Shown one piece after another: positions 1-7,972 of a DNA stretch of 64,000 bases. A program made the translations under genes and the position numbers. Every line of letters starts with the position of its first letter. Positions within the stretch are counted from its first letter, which is position 1. Origin of the DNA: Candidatus Bathyarchaeota archaeon. GTDB lineage: Archaea; Thermoproteota; Bathyarchaeia; 40CM-2-53-6. Under the pieces are notes generated by a model, which saw only the letters and a list, made by a program, of their open reading frames with translations, had not been told where the DNA came from and made no database searches. The DNA lies in the NCBI GenBank assembly GCA_963726255.1, contig CAVSBL010000002.1, positions 320,001 to 384,000 on the forward strand, written 5' to 3'.

Positions 1-1
1 C

Positions 2-1072
2 TTGATTGAGGGCATTTCTCACGATTCGCATTATATGCAGCTGCCGAGGGAAGTGTTGATCGGCAAGGATGTCGCACTTTCGGTAGGTGAAACACTCACC
101 CGCCTTGGCTTTCACGGACCTGCACTAGTCGTCACTGGTCGCAAGGTAGTATCAATTGCAGGTGCAACGGTCCAAGAGTCCCTGCAGCGCGCAGGTTTCA
201 AATCGTCAACGATACTTGTCGAGAACGCAACAACCGACCAAGTCGCACAGGTCGAAAGGGAAATTCGACGTGTACATCCTGACATAGTTGTCGGAGTCGG
301 TGGAGGCAAAGACATTGACGTTGCAAAACTCAGCAGTATGAAAGCTTCAACCAGGTTCCTAAGCGTCCCAACGGCAGCATCCCATGACGGCATAGCAAGC
401 CCGCTGGTTTCAATGAAGGGATTGGACCGACCCTACTCATACGTGGCCCACGCGCCCATCGCAATAGTCGCCGACATATCGATAATCGCCAAATCCCCAT
501 ATCCCCTTATAGCAAGCGGATGCGGCGACACGGTTGCGAAGTACACAGCAGTCAGAGACTGGAAGCTTGCCCACAGAATCAAGAATGAGTATTACGGCGA
601 TTATGCGGCTGAACTTGCACTAATGAGCGTGCGCCTTGTGATGAAGAACGCAACCCGCATACGAGCAATGTCGGACTGGGGTGTTCGCACCCTGGTTGAG
701 GCGTTAATTAGCTGCGGAGTTGCAATGAGCATCGCTGGGACCAGCCGACCTTGCAGCGGTGCAGAGCACTTGTTCAGCCACGCATTGACGATGATAGCTC
801 CCAAACCAGCGCTGCACGGCGAGCAGTGCGGAGTTGGAACAATAATGTGCGCCTACCTACACGGGGCTAATTGGGAACTAATCAAAGATGTCCTCCAAAC
901 CATAGGGTGCCCTACAACCGCAAAACAACTCGGAGTCGACCCCGAATATGTCATAAAGGCGTTGACTATGGCCCATTCTATCAGGCCTGAACGTTACACG
1001 ATCCTAGGCGAGAGCGGCCTCACCAAGGAGGCCGCGGAACGGGTCGCAACGCTCACAGGCGTGATTGACTAA
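2..1072 (+). CDS. egsA: sn-glycerol-1-phosphate dehydrogenase (true start may be ATG at 35)
   Basis: GGGKDIDVAK, PTAASHDGIASP, SGAEHLFSHAL and LHGEQCG motifs. Confidence 0.95.
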   Translation: MIEGISHDSHYMQLPREVLIGKDVALSVGETLTRLGFHGPALVVTGRKVVSIAGATVQESLQRAGFKSSTILVENATTDQVAQVEREIRRVHPDIVVGVGGGKDIDVAKLSSMKASTRFLSVPTAASHDGIASPLVSMKGLDRPYSYVAHAPIAIVADISIIAKSPYPLIASGCGDTVAKYTAVRDWKLAHRIKNEYYGDYAAELALMSVRLVMKNATRIRAMSDWGVRTLVEALISCGVAMSIAGTSRPCSGAEHLFSHALTMIAPKPALHGEQCGVGTIMCAYLHGANWELIKDVLQTIGCPTTAKQLGVDPEYVIKALTMAHSIRPERYTILGESGLTKEAAERVATLTGVID

Positions 1073-1090
1073 TCGAAATATGGTTGGCTA

Positions 1091-2068
1091 TTGATCTTGA
1101 CCAAAGCAACTGCAATAGCACACGCAATTCAGGGGCTCGTGAAGTACCACGGGTTAAAGGACAGCAAACGAAGAATTCCGTACCATGACAGTATATCAGT
1201 CTGCGTTGAAGAGCTGACCACAAAAGCTACCATCGAATTTAGCGACAAATACTCGAAGGACATCATAGAAATAAACGGCGAACCAGCGCGCAGCATCGAA
1301 GCCGCCCGAGTCCTCGCGGTTGTTTCGCCGCTTAGAACGCTTGCGAAGGCGAAGGAACATTTCAAACTCTCCAGCCGGAACAATCTTCCTCAAGGCAAAG
1401 GCCTCGGATTCTCAGCGTCGGCTTTTGCATCGATCGCTCAAGCATCCAGCTCAGCTTTGAGCCTTAGAATGCAACCGGAACGTCTTAGTGAAATTGCTCG
1501 ACTCGGGGCCGGTTCCGCGAGCCGAAGCCTCGTGGGCGGCTTTTCGATTTGGTACGCCAACAAGTACGGAAGCTCATATGCAGAACAACTACCTACAGGC
1601 AAGAAAATGAACCTAGCCATGGCATTTGTTCCCATCCCATCGCAAATCAGAACTGACACGGCGCATGAAGAGTCAGTTACATCCCCTTTTTTCTCCGCTA
1701 GGTTGAAGGAAGTAGGGAAGGTCTTGCCGAGAATGCAGCGAGCGATCAGAGCTGGTGAGGTCGACGAAATTTGCCGGCTTGCAGAAGCTGATTCACTGAG
1801 CCTACATGCCATAACGATGACCGGCAAAAGTGGTCTCGTTCTCATGGGCCAAGAGACAATTGGTATAATTCAAGGGATTACATCACTGAGGGAAACGGAC
1901 CACATACCAGTTTGGTATTCACTTGACACAGGCCCGTCCGTCTACATCAACACCCACGCTGAATCCATCGATACTGTTTGCGCCGAAATTCGGAAGTACA
2001 CGAACTTTCCAGTTCTCAAGAGCAAAGTCGGAGGGCCCGCTCGCACAATAGAAGACCATCTCTTCTAG
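1091..2068 (+). CDS. mvaD: (Phospho)mevalonate decarboxylase, GHMP family, haloarchaeal-type N-terminus
   Basis: AHAIQGLVKYHG..RIPYHDSISVC, GKGLGFSAS, RLGAGSASRS, DTGPSV. Confidence 0.88.
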   Translation: MILTKATAIAHAIQGLVKYHGLKDSKRRIPYHDSISVCVEELTTKATIEFSDKYSKDIIEINGEPARSIEAARVLAVVSPLRTLAKAKEHFKLSSRNNLPQGKGLGFSASAFASIAQASSSALSLRMQPERLSEIARLGAGSASRSLVGGFSIWYANKYGSSYAEQLPTGKKMNLAMAFVPIPSQIRTDTAHEESVTSPFFSARLKEVGKVLPRMQRAIRAGEVDEICRLAEADSLSLHAITMTGKSGLVLMGQETIGIIQGITSLRETDHIPVWYSLDTGPSVYINTHAESIDTVCAEIRKYTNFPVLKSKVGGPARTIEDHLF

Positions 2069-2102
2069 AAGCGAAACCGAGCCCACTGCGAGAGCCTTAG
2101 AG

Positions 2103-3836
2103 ATGTCAAACGACCTAACCGAGAAGATTCGGAAGTCAGCGATACTCAACGCAATTAGGCACAATGGGAAAGCCGACCCCGGAGCTGTTCTCGGCAACCT
2201 GCTCGGAGAAAATTCCGAGCTAAGGGCAAAGGCAAGGGAACTAACCCCATTGGTGCGGCAGGTCGTTGAAGAAGTCAACTCCATGCCATTGGATCGCCAA
2301 ACAGCCATGGCATTAGAAAAATGGCCTACAGAGCTGGCTAAGGAGCGCCCTGAAGAAGAAAGAAAGCTGCCGCCCCTCCCGAACGCCGACAAGTATTCTC
2401 TCATAGTAACGCGAATCGCACCTAACCCCGATTTTGTTCTCCACATAGGTAATGCCCGGGCCGTAATTCTGAGTCATGACTACGCTAGAATGTACAAGGG
2501 GAAATTCATTGTTCGGTTCGAAGACACAGACCCACGCCTCAAGAAGGCTCAATTGAGATACTACGACATCATCCGAGAGGACTTGAAGTGGCTCGGTTGC
2601 GAGTGGGATGAAGAGTACATTCAGAGCGACCGAATACCCATCTACTACGAAGTAGCTCAAACTCTATTCGCGAAAGCGGCCGCGTACGTTTGTGAATGCA
2701 AACCAGAACGGTTTCGAGAACTGGTCAACAGCAATTCGGCCTGTCCGGACCGGGAACTGAATGTCGAGACCCAAACGAAACGATGGCAGAAAATGCTCGA
2801 TGGGAGATACAAGGAAGGCGAAGCCGTTGTCCGGGTGAAGACGGAACTATCGCACCCGAACCCAGCAGTGAGGGACTGGCCCGCTTTCCGAATCATAGAC
2901 ACAGCCAGGAACCCGCACCCGCGCGTGGGATCGCGATTTCGTGTTTGGCCTCTTTACAACCTAGCATCCGGCGTGGACGACCACGCACTTGGAATAACGC
3001 ACGTGATCAGGGGAAAGGAACACCTCACAAACATGGCCCGCCAGCTCTTCATGTACAAGCATCTGGGCTGGCAGTACCCAGACGCAATTCATTATGGGCG
3101 CCTCAAGGTAGAGGGAATGGAACTCAGCAAGTCCAAACTCATGAAAGGGCTTGAATCAGGCGAGTACAAAGATGTTGACGATCCCAGGCTGGGAACACTT
3201 GCAGCCCTAAGAAGACGGGGCTACAGCCCAGAAGCAATTAGACAACTCATATGGGACGTGGGCCCCAAACCCGTGGACGTGACAATAAGCTGGGACAACC
3301 TCAACGCCCTGAACCGGAAAATTATCGACCCAACTTCCCACCGATACTTTTTCGTCCCAGACCCTATCAGGACGAGGATTAGTGGTGTCGAGAAACCGTT
3401 TGAAGTGCATCCTCTGCTTCACCCGCAACACCTAGAAATGGGAAGCCGAACCCTCAAGCTTCAGCCACAAAACGGAATCGCTTTGGCCTTCCTCGCAGGA
3501 AGCGACAAAGCAGTCCTAGAGTCAGGCAAAGTTGTGCGCTTGATGGGACTGTTCAACCTGAAGCCCCTAGGCTTCTCGGACGGTGAATTGAAGGCAGAAT
3601 TCGTTGACGAAGGTGTTGGCGGCCCCGAAAACGCTTCAATCCTACAATGGGTTCCAGAAGCGCAAAGCCTTCCTGCGGAGATCGTTATGCCTGACGCGTC
3701 AATAAAGAGCGGATTGGTTGAGAACGGCTTAAGCTCTGAGCCTGTTGGTTCCGTAGTTCAATTCGTCAGGTTTGGTTTCGGTCGGTTGGACAAATTCGAA
3801 CCAAACAAGATTTCGGTATACTTTGCGCATCAATGA
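2103..3836 (+). CDS. gltX: Glutamyl-tRNA synthetase, archaeal non-discriminating type
   Basis: RIAPNP, HIGN (HIGH), RFEDTDP, LSKSK (KMSKS), QFVRFGF. Confidence 0.96.
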   Translation: MSNDLTEKIRKSAILNAIRHNGKADPGAVLGNLLGENSELRAKARELTPLVRQVVEEVNSMPLDRQTAMALEKWPTELAKERPEEERKLPPLPNADKYSLIVTRIAPNPDFVLHIGNARAVILSHDYARMYKGKFIVRFEDTDPRLKKAQLRYYDIIREDLKWLGCEWDEEYIQSDRIPIYYEVAQTLFAKAAAYVCECKPERFRELVNSNSACPDRELNVETQTKRWQKMLDGRYKEGEAVVRVKTELSHPNPAVRDWPAFRIIDTARNPHPRVGSRFRVWPLYNLASGVDDHALGITHVIRGKEHLTNMARQLFMYKHLGWQYPDAIHYGRLKVEGMELSKSKLMKGLESGEYKDVDDPRLGTLAALRRRGYSPEAIRQLIWDVGPKPVDVTISWDNLNALNRKIIDPTSHRYFFVPDPIRTRISGVEKPFEVHPLLHPQHLEMGSRTLKLQPQNGIALAFLAGSDKAVLESGKVVRLMGLFNLKPLGFSDGELKAEFVDEGVGGPENASILQWVPEAQSLPAEIVMPDASIKSGLVENGLSSEPVGSVVQFVRFGFGRLDKFEPNKISVYFAHQ

Positions 3837-3920
3837 CTCCATGAAAGCTCGAGTCGCTCTCTCGCCAATAGTGCTTGCATTAGGAGATTGCGAGTTTACT
3901 CATCTCCGTGTGCTGACTAG

Positions 3921-4499
3921 GTGTCACATGTGCGCTGCAGATGCCTACTCCATGTTTCCATGTTTCCACGTTTCCATGTAGTCAGATTTTGGTATGCCAC
4001 ACGGCATATTGCGGTGTCTATTGAGATGTATGCGTCAACCTGTTTCTCGCCCTTATATCCCCATGACAAGCCCTCGTTCAAGATTATTAGGGGGCACTGT
4101 TCCCTGCCGGAAGACCCGCCAGTTCAGCTTAGTCACAACCCGGTTATATCAGGTTCAAAGTCTCTACAAACCACTTCGACTCTAGACTCATTGCTCAGCG
4201 ATTGCATAGATCAAGTTCTTAGCGACCTCGTCGGCGGCAAAGCCAAAGAAGCGTTTTACGATTATATGGAAAGAAATTACGCCGTCGCTAGAGAGGACAT
4301 ACCTCGTAATTTTGGAAAGTTCTATTCATTGACTGAAGAGGTCTGCGGCAAAGGAAGTAGAACAATCGCTCGATGCATCATGAAACGGCTGTGGGAACGG
4401 TTGGGATGGACTTTCGTGGATATGCCAGATTTCATGTTCTCAGATTTCTTGGAAACCACTCGAGCTAGAATCGCGAGAGAATTAGTCGAAAAAGCATAG
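3921..4499 (+). CDS. Hypothetical protein with NitrOD5/DUF3227-like C-terminal domain; true start probably further downstream
   Basis: IDQVLSDLVG..FYDYMERNY..EDIP..F...EEVCGKGSRTIARCIMKRLW pattern; N-terminal part of the ORF looks non-coding. Confidence 0.55.
   Translation: MSHVRCRCLLHVSMFPRFHVVRFWYATRHIAVSIEMYASTCFSPLYPHDKPSFKIIRGHCSLPEDPPVQLSHNPVISGSKSLQTTSTLDSLLSDCIDQVLSDLVGGKAKEAFYDYMERNYAVAREDIPRNFGKFYSLTEEVCGKGSRTIARCIMKRLWERLGWTFVDMPDFMFSDFLETTRARIARELVEKA
3950..3979. repeat. 8-bp tandem repeat (CCAYGTTT), about 3.75 copies
   Basis: ccatgttt ccatgttt ccacgttt ccatgt. Confidence 0.8.
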
Positions 4500-4520
4500 G
4501 CCGACTTGACAAGCAAGATC

Positions 4521-5294
4521 CTATCGCATGAATAGACGATAGAGCAACCACCCAACTACACCAATCATAGCGAGCAACCCGACAAACCATATTCCAAAGA
4601 GCACGGACCATGAAGATGTCGACCTGAAACTAAAGATCGCGCCCTCCTTCTCGTCAATTTCAAGCTCAAATCTCTTAGATGGCGCAATAAAGAAAGACCT
4701 GTACCTGCCGCATACTACCCACTTACCATTCTCCGAGTGGTATGAGATCTCGTTAATGAAAATGCGAGACGAGTCGCTCACGGAGTTGATGTAATCCCGT
4801 GCGATGGTCCCGGCCTCGACCGCTGATTTCACGGCAATAAGATTCTCGGCGGCAGCTTCAGATTTCTTGATGAGGCTTGGTAGCTTATCGTACATTAGTT
4901 GCATGGCGTCGCCTAGGCTGGAAGTTTCGGTGCGAACAGCGAGCAGCTTGCTTTCACCAAAATACGTCAAAATGATACCCATATCTCCATAGAGGATACC
5001 CACAAGCCTCAGGACGCCCTGCCCTCTGCGGAATTGAGTTGCTGTTCCCAAGATCAGCGCAGGCCCGAGCGCGGTGCTCTCGGTTGTTTCCTCAATGAGT
5101 TCTGACAGCGTCCTAGCGTTGTCTCTGGCGGCGTTTTCTACCAGAGCCAAACGGCCGGATCGTTCTTCTAGGATGACAGCTTCTTCTATGCCATCATGGA
5201 GCGCTAGAACATTTTGGGTCAGCGTCATCGCTTGGACCCATCTCCTAAACAAAACAGTCTCCGTCAAGCTATTACACTTTGGCCTAACGCTCAC
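4521..5294 (-). CDS. Hypothetical protein with C-terminal membrane anchor
   Basis: Long ORF with a single hydrophobic C-terminal helix. Confidence 0.6.
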   Translation of the reverse strand: MSVRPKCNSLTETVLFRRWVQAMTLTQNVLALHDGIEEAVILEERSGRLALVENAARDNARTLSELIEETTESTALGPALILGTATQFRRGQGVLRLVGILYGDMGIILTYFGESKLLAVRTETSSLGDAMQLMYDKLPSLIKKSEAAAENLIAVKSAVEAGTIARDYINSVSDSSRIFINEISYHSENGKWVVCGRYRSFFIAPSKRFELEIDEKEGAIFSFRSTSSWSVLFGIWFVGLLAMIGVVGWLLYRLFMR

Positions 5295-5393
5295 CTAAGC
5301 TAGGGGAAGCACGGATCCTCTACGCTCCATTTGTTTCAGTTCGTAGTTACTGGCCGCTGAAAGCGTAAATCACATATAGCAAGAGTCAGAACC

Positions 5394-5843
5394 ATGACAT
5401 TGACAGTTTTGGGGTCCCAAAACCTAGAATCGCAAATGTGGGAGCAGATCATGGGGAACGGGCTTGGACAAGGTTCGTTTGTGACTCTTGACAAGATTGT
5501 GCGCGAGCCGCGAGGGAGTCAAGGACCGTTGCATGACTTACTTGGACTGACATTCGCTTCTGTGAATGTTCTATTTTCGATGCTTGGTTTCGTTCTGGTT
5601 CTCGTCGGAATCAGGCGTTTCAAGACTGGATTGATTGTTAAGACATTGAAACGAGCGATCCCAGTTGGAACCTTACTCTTCCTGTTCTTCGTTACAGAAG
5701 CATTGGTCGCAATAGATGTCCTACCGTCTAATACCCCAATTGACGACGTACTTGGTACTCTCTTCATGGTCGGCTTGCTCTATGTGACTTATGGCTTCGT
5801 AAACGACTGGACACACCTGAATTCCGCCTTGCCCAGCAATTAA
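5394..5843 (+). CDS. Hypothetical 3-TM membrane protein
   Basis: Three hydrophobic segments; resembles 34054..34449. Confidence 0.6.
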   Translation: MTLTVLGSQNLESQMWEQIMGNGLGQGSFVTLDKIVREPRGSQGPLHDLLGLTFASVNVLFSMLGFVLVLVGIRRFKTGLIVKTLKRAIPVGTLLFLFFVTEALVAIDVLPSNTPIDDVLGTLFMVGLLYVTYGFVNDWTHLNSALPSN

Positions 5844-5910
5844 CCGAGAAAATTAGTAGCAACCGCAAGGGTGGTGTCGAGAGTTCCGACAGTAAGCACC
5901 TTGGCAATCC

Positions 5911-6177
5911 AGCATTAGACATGTTCGCAAGTCCGGTGACTTGAACAACAATCGAATGTAACGCTTCAACGGGGAAGTGCGCGACCGTGAGAAGATAATT
6001 CGAGGTGTAAAGAAGGCTGACAGTCCAATTCTAACGGGGTATCAAATCTATCGTAACTACGTTAGACCACACATGGCCTTAGAAGGAAAGACACCGAGCG
6101 AAGCCGCGGGAATTCAGGTGAAAGGTAAAGACAAGTGGATGACTATAATTCAGAACGCAAAAAGCAGATCAGTCTAA
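5911..6177 (+). pseudogene. C-terminal relic of an archaeal IS6-like DDE transposase
   Basis: SIRHVRKSGDLNNNRM*RFNGEVRDREK...YRNYVRPHMALEGKTPSEAAGI; TAA at 5959-5961 replaces the Glu of NNxxERxN; N-terminus absent. Confidence 0.85.
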
Positions 6178-6449
6178 TTCGAGTTCTCTGTTTTCCGAGA
6201 AACCACCTCCCAAAAATCCCAAACCCAAAATCGCTGATTGTCCGTTCTTCGCAGGTATCTCCACCAGAACTCCAAATTCACTGTAAGAACGAAAAGGGTA
6301 AGCGCAGTTATCAAAGCGACCGTTTCAAAGAAATTAGCCACGAAAGTTTGCATGTAGCGTGAAACGTTGTAGAATGCAACACCGTTTATGAGAGTAACTA
6401 CGGAAATTACTCGTAGGAATAGGTGTTCTTTGCTCGTTAATCCTTTCAT
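6174..6449 (-). CDS. Small 2-TM membrane protein, paralog of 7185..7445
   Basis: 60/75 aa identical to 7185..7445 by manual alignment. Confidence 0.75.
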   Translation of the reverse strand: MKGLTSKEHLFLRVISVVTLINGVAFYNVSRYMQTFVANFFETVALITALTLFVLTVNLEFWWRYLRRTDNQRFWVWDFWEVVSRKTENSN

Positions 6450-6546
6450 CTTTCTTCCCTCGACTGCAAAATCAATTAGGACGCCATGTGATTATGGTGT
6501 TTGATGCTCTGAGGAATGGAACGCTGTATGTGAGAAAAAACGAAGA

Positions 6547-6590
6547 ACGGAACTTTTGCGACGGAACTTTCTGCTAAAACGACGGAACTT
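6547..6590. repeat. Three copies of ACGGAACTT
   Basis: acggaactttt gcg acggaacttt ctgctaaaacg acggaactt. Confidence 0.75.
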
Positions 6591-6876
6591 ATTGCCGTTT
6601 GGTTAGATTCCGGCTTCTCCACACGTCAATATATATGCCAACTGGCAGTGTGACTAGCGCTATAACAATTACGAACTCGGGTACGTTTAATGTAACCCCA
6701 TTAATCTCCGACGGCCAAGTCCACCCATGACCTGCGTATACAATAAGCGCAGAAATACCGGCGATAAAAGTCAATCCGACACAATACCCTACAATACGCT
6801 TTCTCTTATCAAGTTCCCAATACCGTTTGCAAGACCATCTCCAATACCATTTGAGAAAACTTCTTACTGATTCCAT
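6589..6876 (-). CDS. Small 2-TM membrane protein
   Basis: GGTGGTGA ribosome-binding site upstream of ATG; two hydrophobic helices. Confidence 0.7.
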   Translation of the reverse strand: MESVRSFLKWYWRWSCKRYWELDKRKRIVGYCVGLTFIAGISALIVYAGHGWTWPSEINGVTLNVPEFVIVIALVTLPVGIYIDVWRSRNLTKRQ

Positions 6877-6896
6877 TTCAATTCACCACCTTTATA

Positions 6897-6943
6897 GGGT
6901 AAGTAAGGCGCTTCTCGCTCTTACGGGTTTCACAAATCAAAAC
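6897..6943. repeat. Hairpin repeat, copy A
   Basis: GGGTAAGTAAGGCGCTTCTCGCTCTTACGGGTT, 31/33 identical to 7741-7773; GTAAG-GCG/CGC-CTTAC stem. Confidence 0.9.
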
Positions 6944-6974
6944 CATTCCTATGTGTTCTGAGCCTTGAAGCGCA

Positions 6975-7184
6975 TTAGCTGAGTAGATTGTATCTCCATA
7001 GGACGAACCAGATGTTGATGAGGAGCGGCACTAATGTGACAACAATGACTAAGAACGCTAGCCACCTGTAGCCAAATCTCATTACCTTCACACTGCTTAT
7101 TGATATTAAGTAAAATACGATTGCGTCAGTAACAGCGATGATTATGATTGAGCGAATGATTAAATCCCAAAGTAACGAAAGCAT
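6975..7184 (-). CDS. Small 2-TM membrane protein
   Basis: Abuts the upstream gene (TGAATG); hydrophobic. Confidence 0.65.
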   Translation of the reverse strand: MLSLLWDLIIRSIIIIAVTDAIVFYLISISSVKVMRFGYRWLAFLVIVVTLVPLLINIWFVLWRYNLLS

Positions 7185-7445
7185 TCAACTTATCTCCTCG
7201 GTCAAGGGCTTCTGCGGTTTCCAAAATCGCAAATTATCCCTTCTTCGCATGTATCGCCACCAGAACAGCAAGTTCACTGTGAGAACGAAAAGCGTGAGGG
7301 CGGTTATGAAAGCGACTACCTCAAAGAAATTAGCCACGAAGGTTTGCATGTTGCGTGAGACAGCGTAGAAGCAAGCGGCGTTAATAATAAGAGGTACAGA
7401 AATTACTCGCAAGAATAGGTGTTCTTTACTGGTTAATCCTATCAT
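7185..7445 (-). CDS. Small 2-TM membrane protein, paralog of 6174..6449
   Basis: ATG at 7445 chosen by alignment (MIGLTSKEHLFLRVIS). Confidence 0.75.
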   Translation of the reverse strand: MIGLTSKEHLFLRVISVPLIINAACFYAVSRNMQTFVANFFEVVAFITALTLFVLTVNLLFWWRYMRRRDNLRFWKPQKPLTEEIS

Positions 7446-7475
7446 CTTTCTAACCCTTATTTGGGTTCTGTTCAC

Positions 7476-7694
7476 CTACGGCATTGTTCGCTCGTGAATC
7501 CACTTAGGTCGATATGTGACGATGATGATGAAGCAAATTATTGTTCCGATGATACCTGTACCTAACCTGAATGGGAAACGAGCCCATTGCATCCCATACA
7601 AGCTCAGAGCTGCGTCACCAATCACATCAACCACTACTATCGCAGCAGTCAACACAGCAACTATCAGAAGCCTAATACGTAAACTCGGAACCAA
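7476..7694 (-). CDS. Small 2-TM membrane protein
   Basis: Two hydrophobic helices; first gene of the array. Confidence 0.6.
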   Translation of the reverse strand: MVPSLRIRLLIVAVLTAAIVVVDVIGDAALSLYGMQWARFPFRLGTGIIGTIICFIIIVTYRPKWIHERTMP

Positions 7695-7740
7695 CCTGCA
7701 TACACCCCGAAAAGTTCCCTTTCATCTTTCTTTCCTTCTT

Positions 7741-7797
7741 GGGTAAGTAAGGCGCGTCTCGCTCTTACTGGTTCCCCTGTTTTTCACGAATCGAAAC
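7741..7797. repeat. Hairpin repeat, copy B
   Basis: GGGTAAGTAAGGCGCGTCTCGCTCTTACTGGTT followed by TTTCACGAATCGAAAC (14/16 to copy A). Confidence 0.9.
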
Positions 7798-7916
7798 ATA
7801 CGGTAATCGCAAACTCATTCCAAGTCGTAACGATCACCGTTACTTAAGCCCGAAACAGGCCAAAAGTCCCGACATGTAACAGTTTTCACGAGTCCCTAAG
7901 ACGTAACAGAACCTTT

Positions 7917-7959
7917 CGAATAATTTTATATATTGGATTTTTTACCTAGCGTAACAAAA
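7917..7959 (+). promoter_or_regulatory. Thermosome promoter (BRE/TATA) with downstream palindromic operator
   Basis: CGAA-TAA-TTTTATATA followed by TTTTTTAC-N5-GTAACAAA. Confidence 0.55.
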
Positions 7960-7972
7960 TTGGTGAAGTTTC

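Noticed and set aside
6547-7797. CRISPR or classical integron reading of the repeats
   Set aside because: Only 2-3 copies with irregular gene-sized spacing, no cas or tyrosine integrase gene, and no RYYYAAC/GTTRRRY attC ends
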